Source: Macrostomum lignano (taxonomy: Eukaryota). Taken from it: a stretch of DNA of 64,000 nt. The notes beneath the pieces are model-generated. The model ran no database searches, was not told where the DNA came from, and worked only from the letters and a program-made list of their open reading frames with translations. The position numbers were made by a program, and so were the translations under genes. The stretch lies in the NCBI GenBank assembly GCA_002269645.1, contig NIVC01001828.1, positions 1 through 64,000 of the forward strand, in the 5' to 3' direction. Positions 1 through 18,000 of the stretch are shown piece by piece (position 1 is the stretch's first letter; every line of letters starts with the position of its first letter).

Positions 1-815
1 CTCATGAGCTACCATCTCCAATCTCATGAGCTACCATCTCCAATCTCATGAGCCATCACCTCCAATCTTATGAGCTACGATCTCCAATCTCATGAGCTAC
101 CATCTCCAATCTCATGAGCTACCATCTCCAATCTCATGAGCCATCACCTCCAATCTTATGAGCTACGATCTCCAATCTCATGAGCTACCATCTCCAATCT
201 CATGAGCCGCATCTCCAATCTCATGAGCCATCATCTCCAATCTCATGAGCCATCACCTCCAATCTCATGAGCTACCATCTCCAATCTCATATGAGCTACC
301 ATCTCCAATCTCATGAGCCATCACCTCCAATCTCATGAGCTACCATCTCCAATCTCATGAGCTACCATCTCCAATCTCATGAGCTACCATCTCCAATCTC
401 ATGAGCCATCACCTCCAATCTTATGAGCTACGATCTCCAATCTCATGAGCTACCATCTCCAATCTCATGAGCCGCATCTCCAATCTCATGAGCCATCATC
501 TCCAATCTCATGAGCCATCATCTCCAATCTCATGAGCCGCATCTCCAATCTCATGAGCCGCATCTCCAATCTCATGAGCTACCATCTCCAATCTCATGAG
601 CTACCATCTCCAATCTCATGAGCTACGATCTCTAATCTCATGAGCTACGATCTCCAATCTCATGAGCTACCATCTCCAATCTCATGAGCTACCATCTCCA
701 ATCTCATGAGCTACCATCTCCAATCTCATGAGCCGCATCTCCAATCTCATGAGCCACAATCTCCAATTCATGAGCCGCATCTCCAATCTCATGAGCCACA
801 ATCTGCAATCTCATG
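1..815. repeat. 22-bp minisatellite (ctcatgagctaccatctccaat), runs off the left edge of the window
   Basis: Direct reading shows a 22-nt period with variant units. It ends about 18 nt from the stop codon of gene 1. Confidence 0.95.
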
Positions 816-832
816 AGCCTTAACCTCCTCTC

Positions 833-5741
<4,909 letters not shown>

Positions 5742-6771
5742 GCCTGAATAGCTCCCAACTGAAGCTCCCCCGGTTAAGCGGAGTGCAGTATGAGGAAGAG
5801 ACAATGTAAGACCTACTTACTAATATTAATAAAGCAGTTAGTTTCCGCTAGCCAAATGCGAAGCTGCAGCATATAGCATAATAAAATGTGCACGCTAGTC
5901 AAAGCTTATAACTATCGCTCGTACAGTCGGTCTTGGCCATAGAATATCCAGCGGCGCGGATTTGGGCGCGTTTAAAACTTATTTTTAATTCAGCTTTTGG
6001 CGAGCATTGAAATATAATAAAAATGCTAGATGTGCTACTTTCCTCACTCGGACTCTAGTAGTCTATAAAGAAAATGTTTCTTTGACAATCTGGTGTTAGC
6101 ATTGATGCGAAATGAAAATTTTAAACAAAATTCCTTTGTTTAGGACTTGTTTTCTAGCAAGCATTTGAGTATGATTATTGTTGTATTTAAGTCGAATTCT
6201 TGCACAGCCGAAAATGTATAAAATATTATTTTTTCTAAAAAGTATGAATACATGTACTCGTACACAGTAAAATATTAATTGATTGAACTTCAATTAGCTT
6301 TGATTGACATTTATACTTCGAATTCGTCTCTTTGGTGGGGAGACTATACCGTATTTACACTAGCAGACAGAAGCGACAAGAAAATGCATCGCTCTTTGGA
6401 GGCTGGGTTGGATGATGGAGCAAGATGCTGCTTATTCGGCGTGTGTTTTGGGGTCCGATAAACGTGCAATGAACTAAAATCTGAACTGTTCTAGACTATA
6501 CATTGTATTACAATGCAAGGCCTTGAGGCGAAATGTGTAAAGCAAAGCAATGGGCACTAGGTCATCATGTAGGGGTCAGTGGTTGTTTAATTAAGTGTAC
6601 ACAAGGGCAGGCATGCAAGAAAGGATATGTTTCATGGGAAAGTTCATCTTTTGGGTATATGCAGCTTAAAAACTTTGATGGAGCAGGCCGCCTGATTGCA
6701 GACAGCAAATGTTGCATATTCTAAAATTGTCTCGATCCAGAATGTTTAATCTAGAAAAATAGCCCGAAGCA

Positions 6772-8347
6772 TCACAGGTCGCTGTGCTGCTTTAACGGCC
6801 GTCTTTGCTGCGGCACCGGGTGCGACGGCTCCAGGTTGGAACGCGGCGTGTACCAGTAGGGCGACTGCTGGCTGGCCGAAAGAGAGGCCGAGACGCCGCC
6901 GACGCTGCCGCCTCCAACGCTGCTGCCGCCGATGCTGTTGCCGCCGACGCTTGCATTGGAGCCGCGTCGATAGGGCGCCGGAGGCTGCGACTGCACCGGG
7001 ATCGGGAAGTTCGTGTTGACGGGCTTCGTCACCGTTGGAGTGGCCGGCAGTCGGCGCTGCTGCTGACGCTGGTTGGCCGCGTAGACAGCGGCTGCGGCTG
7101 TGTCGGCCGATTGGATCGCGCTGGCGGCGTCGGCCTCGGCCAGCAGATTGCCCATGGAGTTGGAACGGCGCCACTTGGAGCCGGCGCGGGCGTTCGGACC
7201 GAGGTTGGAGCGGCGAGGCACAATTGGCGGCGGCTGCAACTGCTGCTGCTGCTGCTGCTGTTGTCGGTGCTGCTGCGGCTGGTTTTGGTGGCTGCCCAGG
7301 ATGCAGCTGCTCACGCTCCTGGGTTGGATGAGGACTGGCGTTGTTAACTAAGGCATGCGGTGAATAAATCTGGACAATTTTGATACACTTGCTCAGTGTA
7401 TTTTCATGAGTGATGGGTTAAGCTTGCTCTATTCTCATATTCTGTGGTAGCAACACTATCCTAGCTTACGGCGCATTGGCGGACGCTGCCGACCGGACAG
7501 ACGATTCGCGGCTGAGGTCGGACACGAGGCTGCGGGCGTCGTACACCTGTCCGGAGAGCAGCTGAGGGGTTTAGGTAGAGGAAATTCGATGAACAGCGAT
7601 GAAATGCGATGAAATAGCATGCATGTAAATGCTAATCACTAATCAGTCTACTCACAGACTCGGAGCAGTAGTCAGTAGAAGACGTATTTCTAGGACTGCC
7701 GCTATGGTAGGCGGAGGACACGGACCCGGCAACGGAGCAGGTATCCGGGCCGCCTTGACTAGTGAAACCGGCACCCGCGCCCGCTCCGTTGATGTAGGCG
7801 AAGCTGGAAGAATGCGACAGGGTGTCCTCGTCGAACCAGTCGGCGCTGGACATCTGGTCCCGGATGTAGCGGGCCCTCAGGTTTAGCTGAGACAGCTGCG
7901 AAGTTCAAGTGGTGGAGTTCCATTTTAAACTACGGTTCAGTTACTTCAGGTCCAGGATGTTTCTAAACTTTAAGACAGCTCATGGTATGGTAGGTTATTC
8001 CTCACCTTCTCCAGCGCCAGCTGGTAGTCCGCAGCTCGTTGCTTTTTCACGTGCCTCGGCTGTCGAGTGGCCTTGGCCTCGCGAAGCAGCCGGACGTGCG
8101 CGTCCACCATGGCCTTCTGGACGGAGATTTCCTGCTTCACCGATTCCAGCTGCAATTGTGCAGGGTTCGGAGATTGGGGCAGCTTTCTTATTGATTGACT
8201 TGGACTTATATAGGATCAGAGACAAGCTCAGCTCACCTCAACAGATAGCACTGAGTCCGTGTCTGTGCCAATGGCGTCGGTGTCAACTGCCACCAGGAAT
8301 TGAGTTGGCAGGCACAACGTGCTCCCGAGACCGCCTGGTCGTAACCT

Positions 8348-8381
<34 letters not shown>

Positions 8382-11300
8382 CTTTGAGGTTGCTGCTGGA
8401 GATGCTGCGTCTGCTGCATCTGTTTGCCTGTGAGTTCCTGCACATTCAGAAAATTGATTTACTCGTAACTGTTAAAGTCTGAACAGCTGTAGGCGCTAGT
8501 TACAGGTGCTTACCTTCAGCCAGCAGTTAACCTTAATGCTGGCACAGCGCAGGTCATACGGGGTCACTTCCGGAGGGTCGAGCATGATATTATTCACCTA
8601 GATACTAGCCTAATTTTTGCTTGCTACTATCGACTGCTGTGTATTTCTCTGTATCTTAGCGAAAGTAAGTTTTTATTATTCGATTAGGGCTCTGTAATTC
8701 GAACTGACACGAAGAGAAATATAGCAGAGGAACCTTAAGCGAGGGTAACAAAGAATCTATATAGTATAACGAGGCGTTTTGCCGGGGGGAGTGGTGGGGG
8801 AGGGCAAGACCCAGACAAGACTGTGTTTGGGGTGGGGCCTGTGGGGCGCTATAGGGATGAGTCACCGCGAGCGCAGAGCAGTGAAGAGAAGCATAGGGGA
8901 CAGAAAGGTAGAGTGTAAAACAGGGGTAGGTGTGCTGGAGCAGGAGAGGGAAGAGAGAACCCCGTCAAATCCAGCACCCACCACCCCATGTGCGGAAAGA
9001 GGCATGGGGTGGTGGAGCCTGTCCTGTTTTTTCTCTCTCCTATCCCCTCTCCTCTCCCCTCTGCGCGCTCTCTCTCTGCTTGCTTATCTTTCTCTCGTTC
9101 GTTAATAATCCAACACGCGACAGCGACGACAATGCATGGACTGGTATTTAGGTCTAGGGTTAGGGTTAGGGTTAGGGGAGAGGACGTCTGAGTCACCACT
9201 GGACGGCCACAGGCTTAAGGCCCAAACTATAAACTACGCGAACTAAAGCGGAAAGCAGTGAAAAAGAGGAGGGGAGGCCGGAGGGCGCTTCTTTCCAATT
9301 TACGGGGGTTCCATGCCGCCCTGGGGCTGAATTGATAATCGTAAAAACTGCGGAAAGAGCATACGGCCTTGTGTTCTTATCTTCTTCGATTAGAGAAAAG
9401 CCTCGGGGTGGTGGCGCTGTATCAGTTTAACAAATTTATAACCCTGTTAGAGGGAGACTACCGGTTTGGCCTTGCGAGAATTGGGAAAATAGGCTCACTG
9501 CGCAGTATACTACTAATAAGCAATTCCCCCCATTCTAAACTGACCTGTCCTCTCCTGACCCTGACCCCTGACCTGACCTTATGAAGACAGGCGACAGGTA
9601 TGGAAACAAATTGTGCCAGCGACTGGACAAGACAGTACAGATTATAGGTCCAGGGTGCTGTAGGAATGATATAAATGTGACAGATGCAAGGGACTGTAGA
9701 AAACTTAGGGTAGAAAATGGCCAGTGACGGACAGGGAGTGACTGGAGAGTGACATGTAGGAGTGATGGAGAGTGACATGTAGAAGTGATGGAGAGTGACA
9801 TGTAGGAGTGATGGAGAGTGACATGTAGGAGTGATGGAGAGTGACATGTTGGAGTGATGGAGAGTGACATGTTGGAGTGATGGAGTGTGACATGTTGGAG
9901 TGATGGAGAGTGACATATAGAAGTGACATGTAGGAGTGATTCACACTCCTGAGAGTGACATGTAGGAGTGATGGAGAGTGACATGTAGAAGTGACTGTAG
10001 AGGGACATATAGAAGTGACATGTAGGAGTGATGGAGAGTGACATGTAGAAGTGACTGTAGAGGGACATATAGAAGTGACATGTAGGAGTGATGGAGAGTG
10101 ACATGTAGGAGTGATGGAGAGTGACATGTAGAAGTGACTGTAGAGGGACATATAGAAGTGACATGTAGGAGTGATGGAGAGTGACATGTACAAGTGACTG
10201 GAGAGTGACATATAGAAGTGACATGTAGGAGTGATGGAGAGTGACATGTAGAGGTTATTGGAAAAGGACATGCGGAAGTGACGGACAGGGACATGTAAGA
10301 GTGACATGTAGAAGTGACGGAGAGTGAATTGTACATGAAGGAGTGACAGATTAGAGACTGACATACTGTATAGGAGCGACTGAAACTGAAGCATTAACCT
10401 GAACAACAAGTAAGAATAGGAGAAGCGTCTCACCCGTTCCCTAGCCAGCAGCGCGTGCAGCTGAGCCTCCTTTGCAGATTTCTGCTCGCGCAGTTCGGCC
10501 AACAGTTCGCGCAGCTCCAAGTAGCGCTGCTGCATCCGGGCTCGCTCCGCCGGGTCCTGCATTTTCTGGCTCAGCGCCAGCAACATCCGACTGCCGCTAT
10601 GCACGGTGAGGTAGCCGCTCTCCTTTGAGGCGGCCGAGCCGCGCGATCCCGACAGCAGCTCCGAGGAGCCGCTCCGACTGCCGAACAGCAGGTTCAACGG
10701 GCCGCCCGAACTTCGGCGGCGCTGCTGCGCTGAGGCCGGCTCTGCCGACGCTGCTGGCGCAGCAGCGATGCCGATAGGGTGCAGGTCTCGGCCTGCAGGC
10801 TTCTTGCTGCGGACTGGAGTGCAGATGATGCAGAAATCCTGACTGTGTGTGGATCACAGCCCTTTTGCCCCCCTGATTGCATAACCCTGTAACCTTACCA
10901 ACACTTTTAAAGGGCCTGGATGCTTTTCTTTTGCTTGTCCTTTTTTCTAAAGACAGCTTGATATTCTGGACAGCTATGTGCCCTGGTTAGAGACATCTAG
11001 TGACCCTGGCTTCCAGCTCGAGACCCTGTTCTCCATCTAAAGACCCTGGCTTCCAGCTAGAGACCCTTTTCTCCATCTAGAGACCCTGGCTTCCAGCTAG
11101 AGACCCTGTTCTCCATCTAGAGACCCTGGCTTCCAGCTAGAGACCCTGTTCTCCATTTAGAGATCCTGTTCTCCATTTAGAGACCCTGTTCTTCATCTAG
11201 AGACCCTGGCTTCCAGCTAGAGACCCTGTTCTCCATTTAGAGATCCTGTTCTCCATTTAGAGACCCTGTTCTTCATCTAGAGACCCTTGGCTTCCAGCTA

Positions 11301-13529
11301 GAGACCCTGTTCTCCATCTAGAGACCCGGGCTTCCAGCTAGAGACCCTGTTCTCCATCTAGAGACCTTTGGCTTCCAGCTAGAGACCCTGTTCTCCATCT
11401 AGAGACCCTGGCTTCCAGCTAGAGACCCTGTGCTTCATCTAGTGACCTTTAGCTTCCAGCTAGAGACCCTGTTCTCCATCTAGAGACCCTGGCTTCCAGC
11501 TAGAGACCCTGTTCTTCATCTAGAGACCCTTGGCTTCCAGCTAGAGACCCTGTTCTCCATCTAGAGACCCTGACTTCCAGCTAGAGACCCTGTTCTCCAT
11601 CAAGAGACCCTGGCTTCCAGCTAGAGACCCTGTTCTCCATCTAGAGACCCTGACTTCCAGCTAGAGACCCTGTTCTCCATCTAGAGACCCTTGGCTTCCA
11701 GCTAGAGACCCTGTTCTTCATCTAGAGACCCTTGGCTTCCAGCTAGAGACCCTGTAGAGACTGAGAATTTTTGAGTTTTGCACAGTAAGTCTGCTTGTGA
11801 TTTTGAAGCTAAAATATCAATAGGGTCTCTGAGATCCAGCTTGCGTCAGGGAAATGGGTCAACTACAGCGAGTACGCTTGAGCACGTACAATTCACAGAC
11901 AACGGAGGGGTTGAGAATCCTCTCATTAATTTCTGTCCCCAGTTTGCCTAGGCTTTCTGTTGCTATTTTTAGTAACAAGCTAAATAGCTTTCGGAGCTGG
12001 TGAGGCCTCACGTTTTCCTGTGTATCCCGCGACATTTCTCTTTCATATTAGCACTATTCTACTCACATGAGTAGACAGGCTCGATCGTTCAGATATATTT
12101 TCTCTCTCACCAAATCGAATCTTTTTTTAAAAGATTACAGCGGGAATAATTCGAGTATGAAACAGTTTTTTTGTAGCCAAATATTTGCGCAAATGTAAAC
12201 CCCGTGAAAATGATCGTAAATCATGGCTGGAGTTCGCAACGGAATTGCTTGTTGGGCGTGCTAGTGTTGGTGCATTGAATCGCATGCCAAAAGCATAATT
12301 TGTATGCGAATCAAATAACGCCTATCGTTTTGGTTGTAGCCTATGCTTGGAACAAGAATTAGGTGTGCAGTTCGGAGTCTAAGTGCGAGAACTGAAGTCT
12401 TCGGTGTGAGGAATCGGGTACTCAGTATGAGGAATCGGGTACTCAGTGTGAGGAATCGGATACTCAATATGAGGAATCGGATACTCAGTGTGAGGAATCG
12501 GATACTCAATATGAGGAATCGGGTACTCAGTGTGAGGAATCGGATACTCAATATGAGGAATCGGGTACTCAGTGTGAAGAATCGGGTACTCAATGTGAGG
12601 AATCGGATACTCAGTGTGAGAAATCAGGTACTCAGTGTGAGAAATCAGGTACTCAGTGTGAGGAATCGGATACTCAGTGTGAGGAATCGGGTACTCAATG
12701 TGAGGAATCGGATACTCAGTGTGAGAAATCAGGTACTCAGTGTGAGGAATCGGATACTCAGTGTGAGGAATCGGGTACTCAGTGTGAGGAATCGGGTACT
12801 CAGTGTGAGGAATCGGGTAATCGGGTACTCAGTGTGAGGAATCGGGTACTCAGTGTGAGGAATCGGGTACTCAGTGTGAGGAATCGGGTACTCAGTGTGA
12901 GGAATCGGGTACTCAGTGTGAGGAATCGGGTACTCAGTGTGAGGAATCGGGTACTCAGTGTGAGGAATCGGGTACTCAGTGTGAGGAATCGGGTACTCAG
13001 TGTGAGGAATCGGGTACTCAGTGTGAGGAATCGGGTACTCAGTGTGAGGAATCGGGTAATCGGGTACTCAGTGTGAGGAATCGGGTACTCAGTGTGAGGA
13101 ATCGGGTACTCAGTGTGAGGAATCGGGTACTCAGTGTGAGGAATCGGGTACTCAGTGTGAGGAATCGGGTACTCAGTGTGAGGAATCGGGTACTCAGTGT
13201 GAGGAATCGGGTACTCAGTGTGAGGAATCGGGTACTCAGTGTGAGCCTGTCGCCAAGACTTACTCTGCGGCGACCCTGACCGCGCCCCGCCACCAGCGCT
13301 GAGCTCCAGCGAGTCCGCCCTGTCCCGGCTGACCGCGCTGACTCCGGCTGGAGCTGTCTGCACCGAGCTGCTGCTGCCGAACTCAGCAGGTCCGCCTACT
13401 CTGAAGCCGTTGAGATTTGCAGCTTCTCGGCTGGGTGAAGGATTTGCCCGATCAGGGGCCGCAGTTGCCGCTGCTGCTGCCGCTGCTGCTGCCGCAGCCT
13501 TATTATGGAATTCTTTCAGGTCAGTCTGT
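6772..13529 (-). CDS. FRMD4: FRMD4/CCDC120/INAVA-family protein with a CUPID (DUF3338) coiled coil; 5' end unresolved
   Basis: Phase-consistent exons on the complement: 10434-10838/10842, 8237-8437, 8006-8149, 7656-7895, 7470-7561, 6772-7318. A further exon at 13264-13529 is tentative. The spliced EAQLHALLARER/ELTGK and LESVKQEISVQKAMVDAH...VKKQRAADYQLALEK/LSQLN resemble FRMD4A 'LCLREAELTG' and 'KKQRKTSYLNALKKLQ'. The preceding SGSSELLSGS resembles FRMD4A SGSSGSLLSSGS. Comparisons are recalled from memory, not from a search. Confidence 0.7.
9735..10345. repeat. ~23-bp minisatellite (gagtgacatgtaggagtgatgga and variants), intronic
   Basis: Direct reading; lies between exons 8437 and 10434. 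Confidence 0.9.
10990..11755. repeat. ~40-bp dimeric minisatellite (agagaccctggcttccagct + agagaccctgttctccatct)
   Basis: Two alternating ~20-bp subunits that share agagaccct. Confidence 0.9.
12405..13243. repeat. 21-bp minisatellite (gtgtgaggaatcgggtactca)
   Basis: 21-nt period; ends about 20 nt from the putative donor at 13263. Confidence 0.95.
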
Positions 13530-13604
13530 CGTGTAGAAGTTTGGGATGCAATCAGATAAAGTAGGTTGTGTGAATATTAGGGTCGTAGTTTTAGATTAAG
13601 CTTG

Positions 13605-13862
13605 GAGATGAGGCTGATGTAAGATTGAGACGTGGCTGATGTAAGATTGAGACGTGGCTGATGTAAGATTGAGACGTGGCTGATGTAAGATTGAGACGTG
13701 GCTGATATAAGATTGAGACGCGGCTGATGTAAGATTGAGACGTGGCTGATGTAAGATTGAGACGTGGCTGATGTAAGATTGAGACGTGGCTGATATAAGA
13801 TTGAGACGCGGCTGATGTAAGATTGAGACGTGGCTGATGTAAGATTGAGACGTGGCTGATTT
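13605..13862. repeat. 22-bp minisatellite (gctgatgtaagattgagacgtg)
   Basis: Direct reading. Confidence 0.9.
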
Positions 13863-14705
13863 GAGCCTGAGATGAGGCCTAAGTGAAGCGAGTACTCAGC
13901 CAAAGATGCGATGACGAGTCAAGAAAACTGTTCCGTCACGTCCAAAACCACATCACGCCAGTCACGATTGCAACCAGATTAAAGTCAGTTAGGTTAATGC
14001 AATGAATAGCTACAGCTCACCAAGTTATTGTCCGAGTGAAACCTGGACCCCTTCTCCCTGACGGACAGGTAGACCTGTCGGCTGTCCCTCCGTTTCGAAA
14101 GCCGCTTGGATGACATGAGCTTGGCGGTTGAGAAAAATCTCAGCTAAGTTGAGAACTGGGCAATTAACAAAGCAGCCGCTTACGCCCCCACCATCTGTCC
14201 GTCAATACGCAGTCAGGTCTTCGAGGCGGTCGCTATCTCTGTGTCTAGTATCGCGTCTCAGCCGTATCTTGTCCTGTCGCAGGTTTTTGACTCTTTACCA
14301 AAAAGCCCTTTAATTGCGACACCGCAATGTCGCATGCACTTAGCTGTCTTTCTGACCGCCCGCTCAGGCCCGACTGTGCGCTCTCTTATTGCACAGAAAC
14401 TGCAGCCAAGTGCGACGGAGGTTGGGGCGGTCTGAGCTGCGCAAATTCGTGTCGTCGAATGTCTCTCCGTTCGGTGCGCGCGCTCCTCCTACCCGCAGAT
14501 CACTGCGACCCTGTTTGACCCTGCTTGGAGTAGCAATTCAGACTCTGTATTTATGAGCCTTGCAAAGACACGCAGAAATATTCTGCCACAGATGAAACGA
14601 GCATAAGAGATGCTCAGTGCTTGCACAATAGGAGGACGGGTCGTACTGGCGATTTCTGCCTCGAGGCGGTTTTTCTGCGCTCACAAAAGACGTTTTTTAC
14701 GAATT

Positions 14706-14739
<34 letters not shown>

Positions 14740-15034
14740 CAGTCTTAGCTGCCCGATAGGGGGAGAGAGAATCAGAGAGAGGGCCCAAGCCCCAACTGCT
14801 CAAGATTTCGGTCGGTCTACTACTAAATTTGGCAGATAGCTGGGGTAAAGTTGTACGCCAAGAATCTCGAGTAAATTACTGCCCATATGCGAGCTGGGTG
14901 CCGAGCGCCTTTCTCGCCTGTCTTAGCAAGAGCTGCTCCACATGCAGAGATAGCCTCTACATGTAGCAGATCCCGAGCCAGTCACACAGAGAAAAGTCAC
15001 ACTAGTTTGAAAATGTTGGAGTAATTAAATTGGT

Positions 15035-18000
15035 GATGATCCTTGTAGTTTGGATATCAGTGCAAATCATTGTAGTTTGGGGATCAGTGCAAATCCTTGT
15101 AGTTTGGGGATCAGTGCAAATCCTTGTAGTTTGGGGATCAGTGCAAATCCTTGTAGTTTGGGGATCAGTGCAAATCCTTGTAGTTTGGGAATCAGTGCAA
15201 ATCCTTGTAGTTTTTGGGGATCAGTGCAAATCCTTGTAGTTTTTGGGGATCAGTGCAAATCCTTGTAGGTTGGGGATCAGTGCAAATCCTTGTAGTTTTT
15301 GGGGATCAGTGCAAATCCTTGTAGTTTTTGGGGATCAGTGCAAATCCTTGTAGTTTTTGGGGATCAGTGCAAATCCTTGTAGTTTGGGGATCAGTGCAAA
15401 TTCTTGTAGTTTGGGGATCAGTGCAAATCCTTGTAGTTCTTGGGGATCAGTGCAAATCCTTGCAGGTTGGGGATCAGTACAAATCCTTGTAGTTTGGGGA
15501 TCAGTACAAATCCTTGTAGTTTGGGGATCAGTGCAAATCCTTGTAGTTTGGGGATCAGTGCAAATCCTTGTAGTTTTTGGGGATCAGTGCAAATCCTTGT
15601 AGTTTTTGGGGATCAGTGCAAATCCTTGTAGTTTTTGGGGATCAGTGCAAATCCTTGTAGTTTTTGGGGATCAGTGCAAATCCTTGTAGTTTTTGGGAAT
15701 CAGTGCAAATCCTTGTAGTTTTTGGGAATCAGTGCAAATCCTTGTAGTTTTTGGGAATCAGTGCAAATCCTTGTAGTTTTTGGGAATCAGTGCAAATCCT
15801 TGTAGTTTTTGGGAATCAGTGCGAATCCTTGTAGTTTTTGGGGATCAGTGCAAATCCTTGTAGTTTTTGGGGATCAGTGCAAATCCTTGTAGTTTTTGGG
15901 GATCAGTGCAAATCCTTGTAGTTTTTGGGGATCAGTGCAAATCCTTGTAGCTTGGGATCAGTGCAAATCCTTGTAGTTTTTGGGGATCAGTGCAAATCCT
16001 TATAGGTTGGGGATCAGTGCAAATCCTTGTAGTTTGGGGATCAGTGCAAATCCTTGTAGTTTTTTGGGGATCAGTGCAAATCCTTGTAGTTTGGAGATCA
16101 GTGCAAATCCTTGTAGTTTTTGGGGATCAGTGCAAATCCTTGTAGGTTGGGGATCAGTGCAAATCCTTGTAGTTTTTGGGGATCAGTGCAAATCCTTGTA
16201 GTTTTTGGGGATCAGTGCAAATCCTTGTAGGTTGGGGATCAGTGCAAATCCTTGTAGTTTTTGGGGATCAGTGCAAATCCTTGTAGTTTTTGGGGATCAG
16301 TGCAAATCCTTGCAGGTTGGGGATCAGTGCAAATCCTTGTAGTTTGGGGATCAGTGCAAATCCTTGTAGTTTGGGGATCAGTGCAAATCCTTGTAGTTCT
16401 TGGGGATCAGTGCAAATCCTTGCAGGTTGGGGATCAGTACAAATCCTTGTAGTTTGGGGATCAGTACAAATCCTTGTAGTTTGGGGATCAGTGCAAATCC
16501 TTGTAGTTTGGGGATCAGTGCAAATCCTTGTAGTTTTTGGGGATCAGTGCAAATCCTTGTAGTTTTTGGGGATCAGTGCAAATCCTTGTAGTTTTTGGGG
16601 ATCAGTGCAAATCCTTGTAGTTTTTGGGGATCAGTGCAAATCCTTGTAGTTTTTGGGAATCAGTGCAAATCCTTGTAGTTTTTGGGAATCAGTGCAAATC
16701 CTTGTAGTTTTTGGGGATCAGTGCAAATCCTTGTAGTTTTTGGGGATCAGTGCAAATCCTTGTAGTTTTTGGGAATCAGTGCAAATCCTTGTAGTTTTTG
16801 GGGATCAGTGCAAATCCTTGTAGTTTTTGGGGATCAGTGCAAATCCTTGTAGTTTTTGGGGATCAGTGCAAATCCTTGTAGCTTGGGATCAGTGCAAATC
16901 CTTGTAGTTTTTGGGGATCAGTGCAAATCCTTATAGGTTGGGGATCAGTGCAAATCCTTGTAGTTTGGAGATCAGTGCAAATCCTTATAGGTTGGGGATC
17001 AGTGCAAATCCTTGTAGTTTGGGGATCAGTGCAAATCCTTGTAGTTTTTGGGAATCAGTGCAAATCCTTGTAGTTTTTGGGGATCAGTGCAAATCCTTGT
17101 AGTTTTTGGGGATCAGTGCAAATCCTTGTAGTTTTTGGGGATCAGTGCAAATCCTTGCAGGTTGGGGATCAGTGCAAATCCTTGTAGTTTTTGGGGATCA
17201 GTGCAAATCCTTATAGGTTGGGGATCAGTGCAAATCCTTGTAGTTTTTGGGGATCAGTGCAAATCCTTGTAGTTTTTGGGGATCAGTGCAAATCCTTGTA
17301 GTTTGGAGATCAGTGCAAATCCTTATAGGTTGGGGATCAGTGCAAATCCTTGTAGTTTGGGGATCAGTGCAAATCCTTGTAGTTTTTGGGGATCAGTGCA
17401 AATCCTTGTAGTTTTTGGGGATCAGTGCAAATCCTTGTAGTTTTTGGGGATCAGTGCAAATCCTTGTAGTTTGGGGATCAGTGCAAATCCTTGTAGTTTT
17501 TGGGAATCAGTGCAAATCCTTGTAGTTTGGGGATCAGTGCAAATCCTTGTAGTTTTTGGGGATCAGTGCAAATCCTTGCAGGTTGGGGATCAGTACAAAT
17601 CCTTGTAGTTTGGGGATCAGTGCAAATCCTTGTAGTTTGGGGATCAGTGCAAATCCTTGTAGGTTGGGGATCAGTGCAAATCCTTGTAGTTTTTGGGGAT
17701 CAGTGCAAATCCTTGTAGTTTTTGGGGATCAGTGCAAATCCTTGTAGTTTGAGGATCAGTGCAAATCCTTGTAGTTTTTGGGGATCAGTGCAAATCCTTG
17801 TAGTTTTTGGGGATCAGTGCAAATCCTTGTAGTTTTTGGGGATCAGTGCAAATCCTTGTAGTTTTTGGGGATCAGTGCAAATCCTTGTAGTTTTTGGGAA
17901 TCAGTGCAAATCCTTGTAGTTTTTGGGAATCAGTGCAAATCCTTGTAGTTTTTGGGAATCAGTGCAAATCCTTGTAGTTTTTGGGAATCAGTGCAAATCC

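Noticed and set aside
9148-9178. (TTAGGG)x3-4 telomere-like tract, with a similar tract at 34655-34685
   Set aside because: Too short to indicate a telomere or fusion site; such tracts are common inside dispersed repeats.
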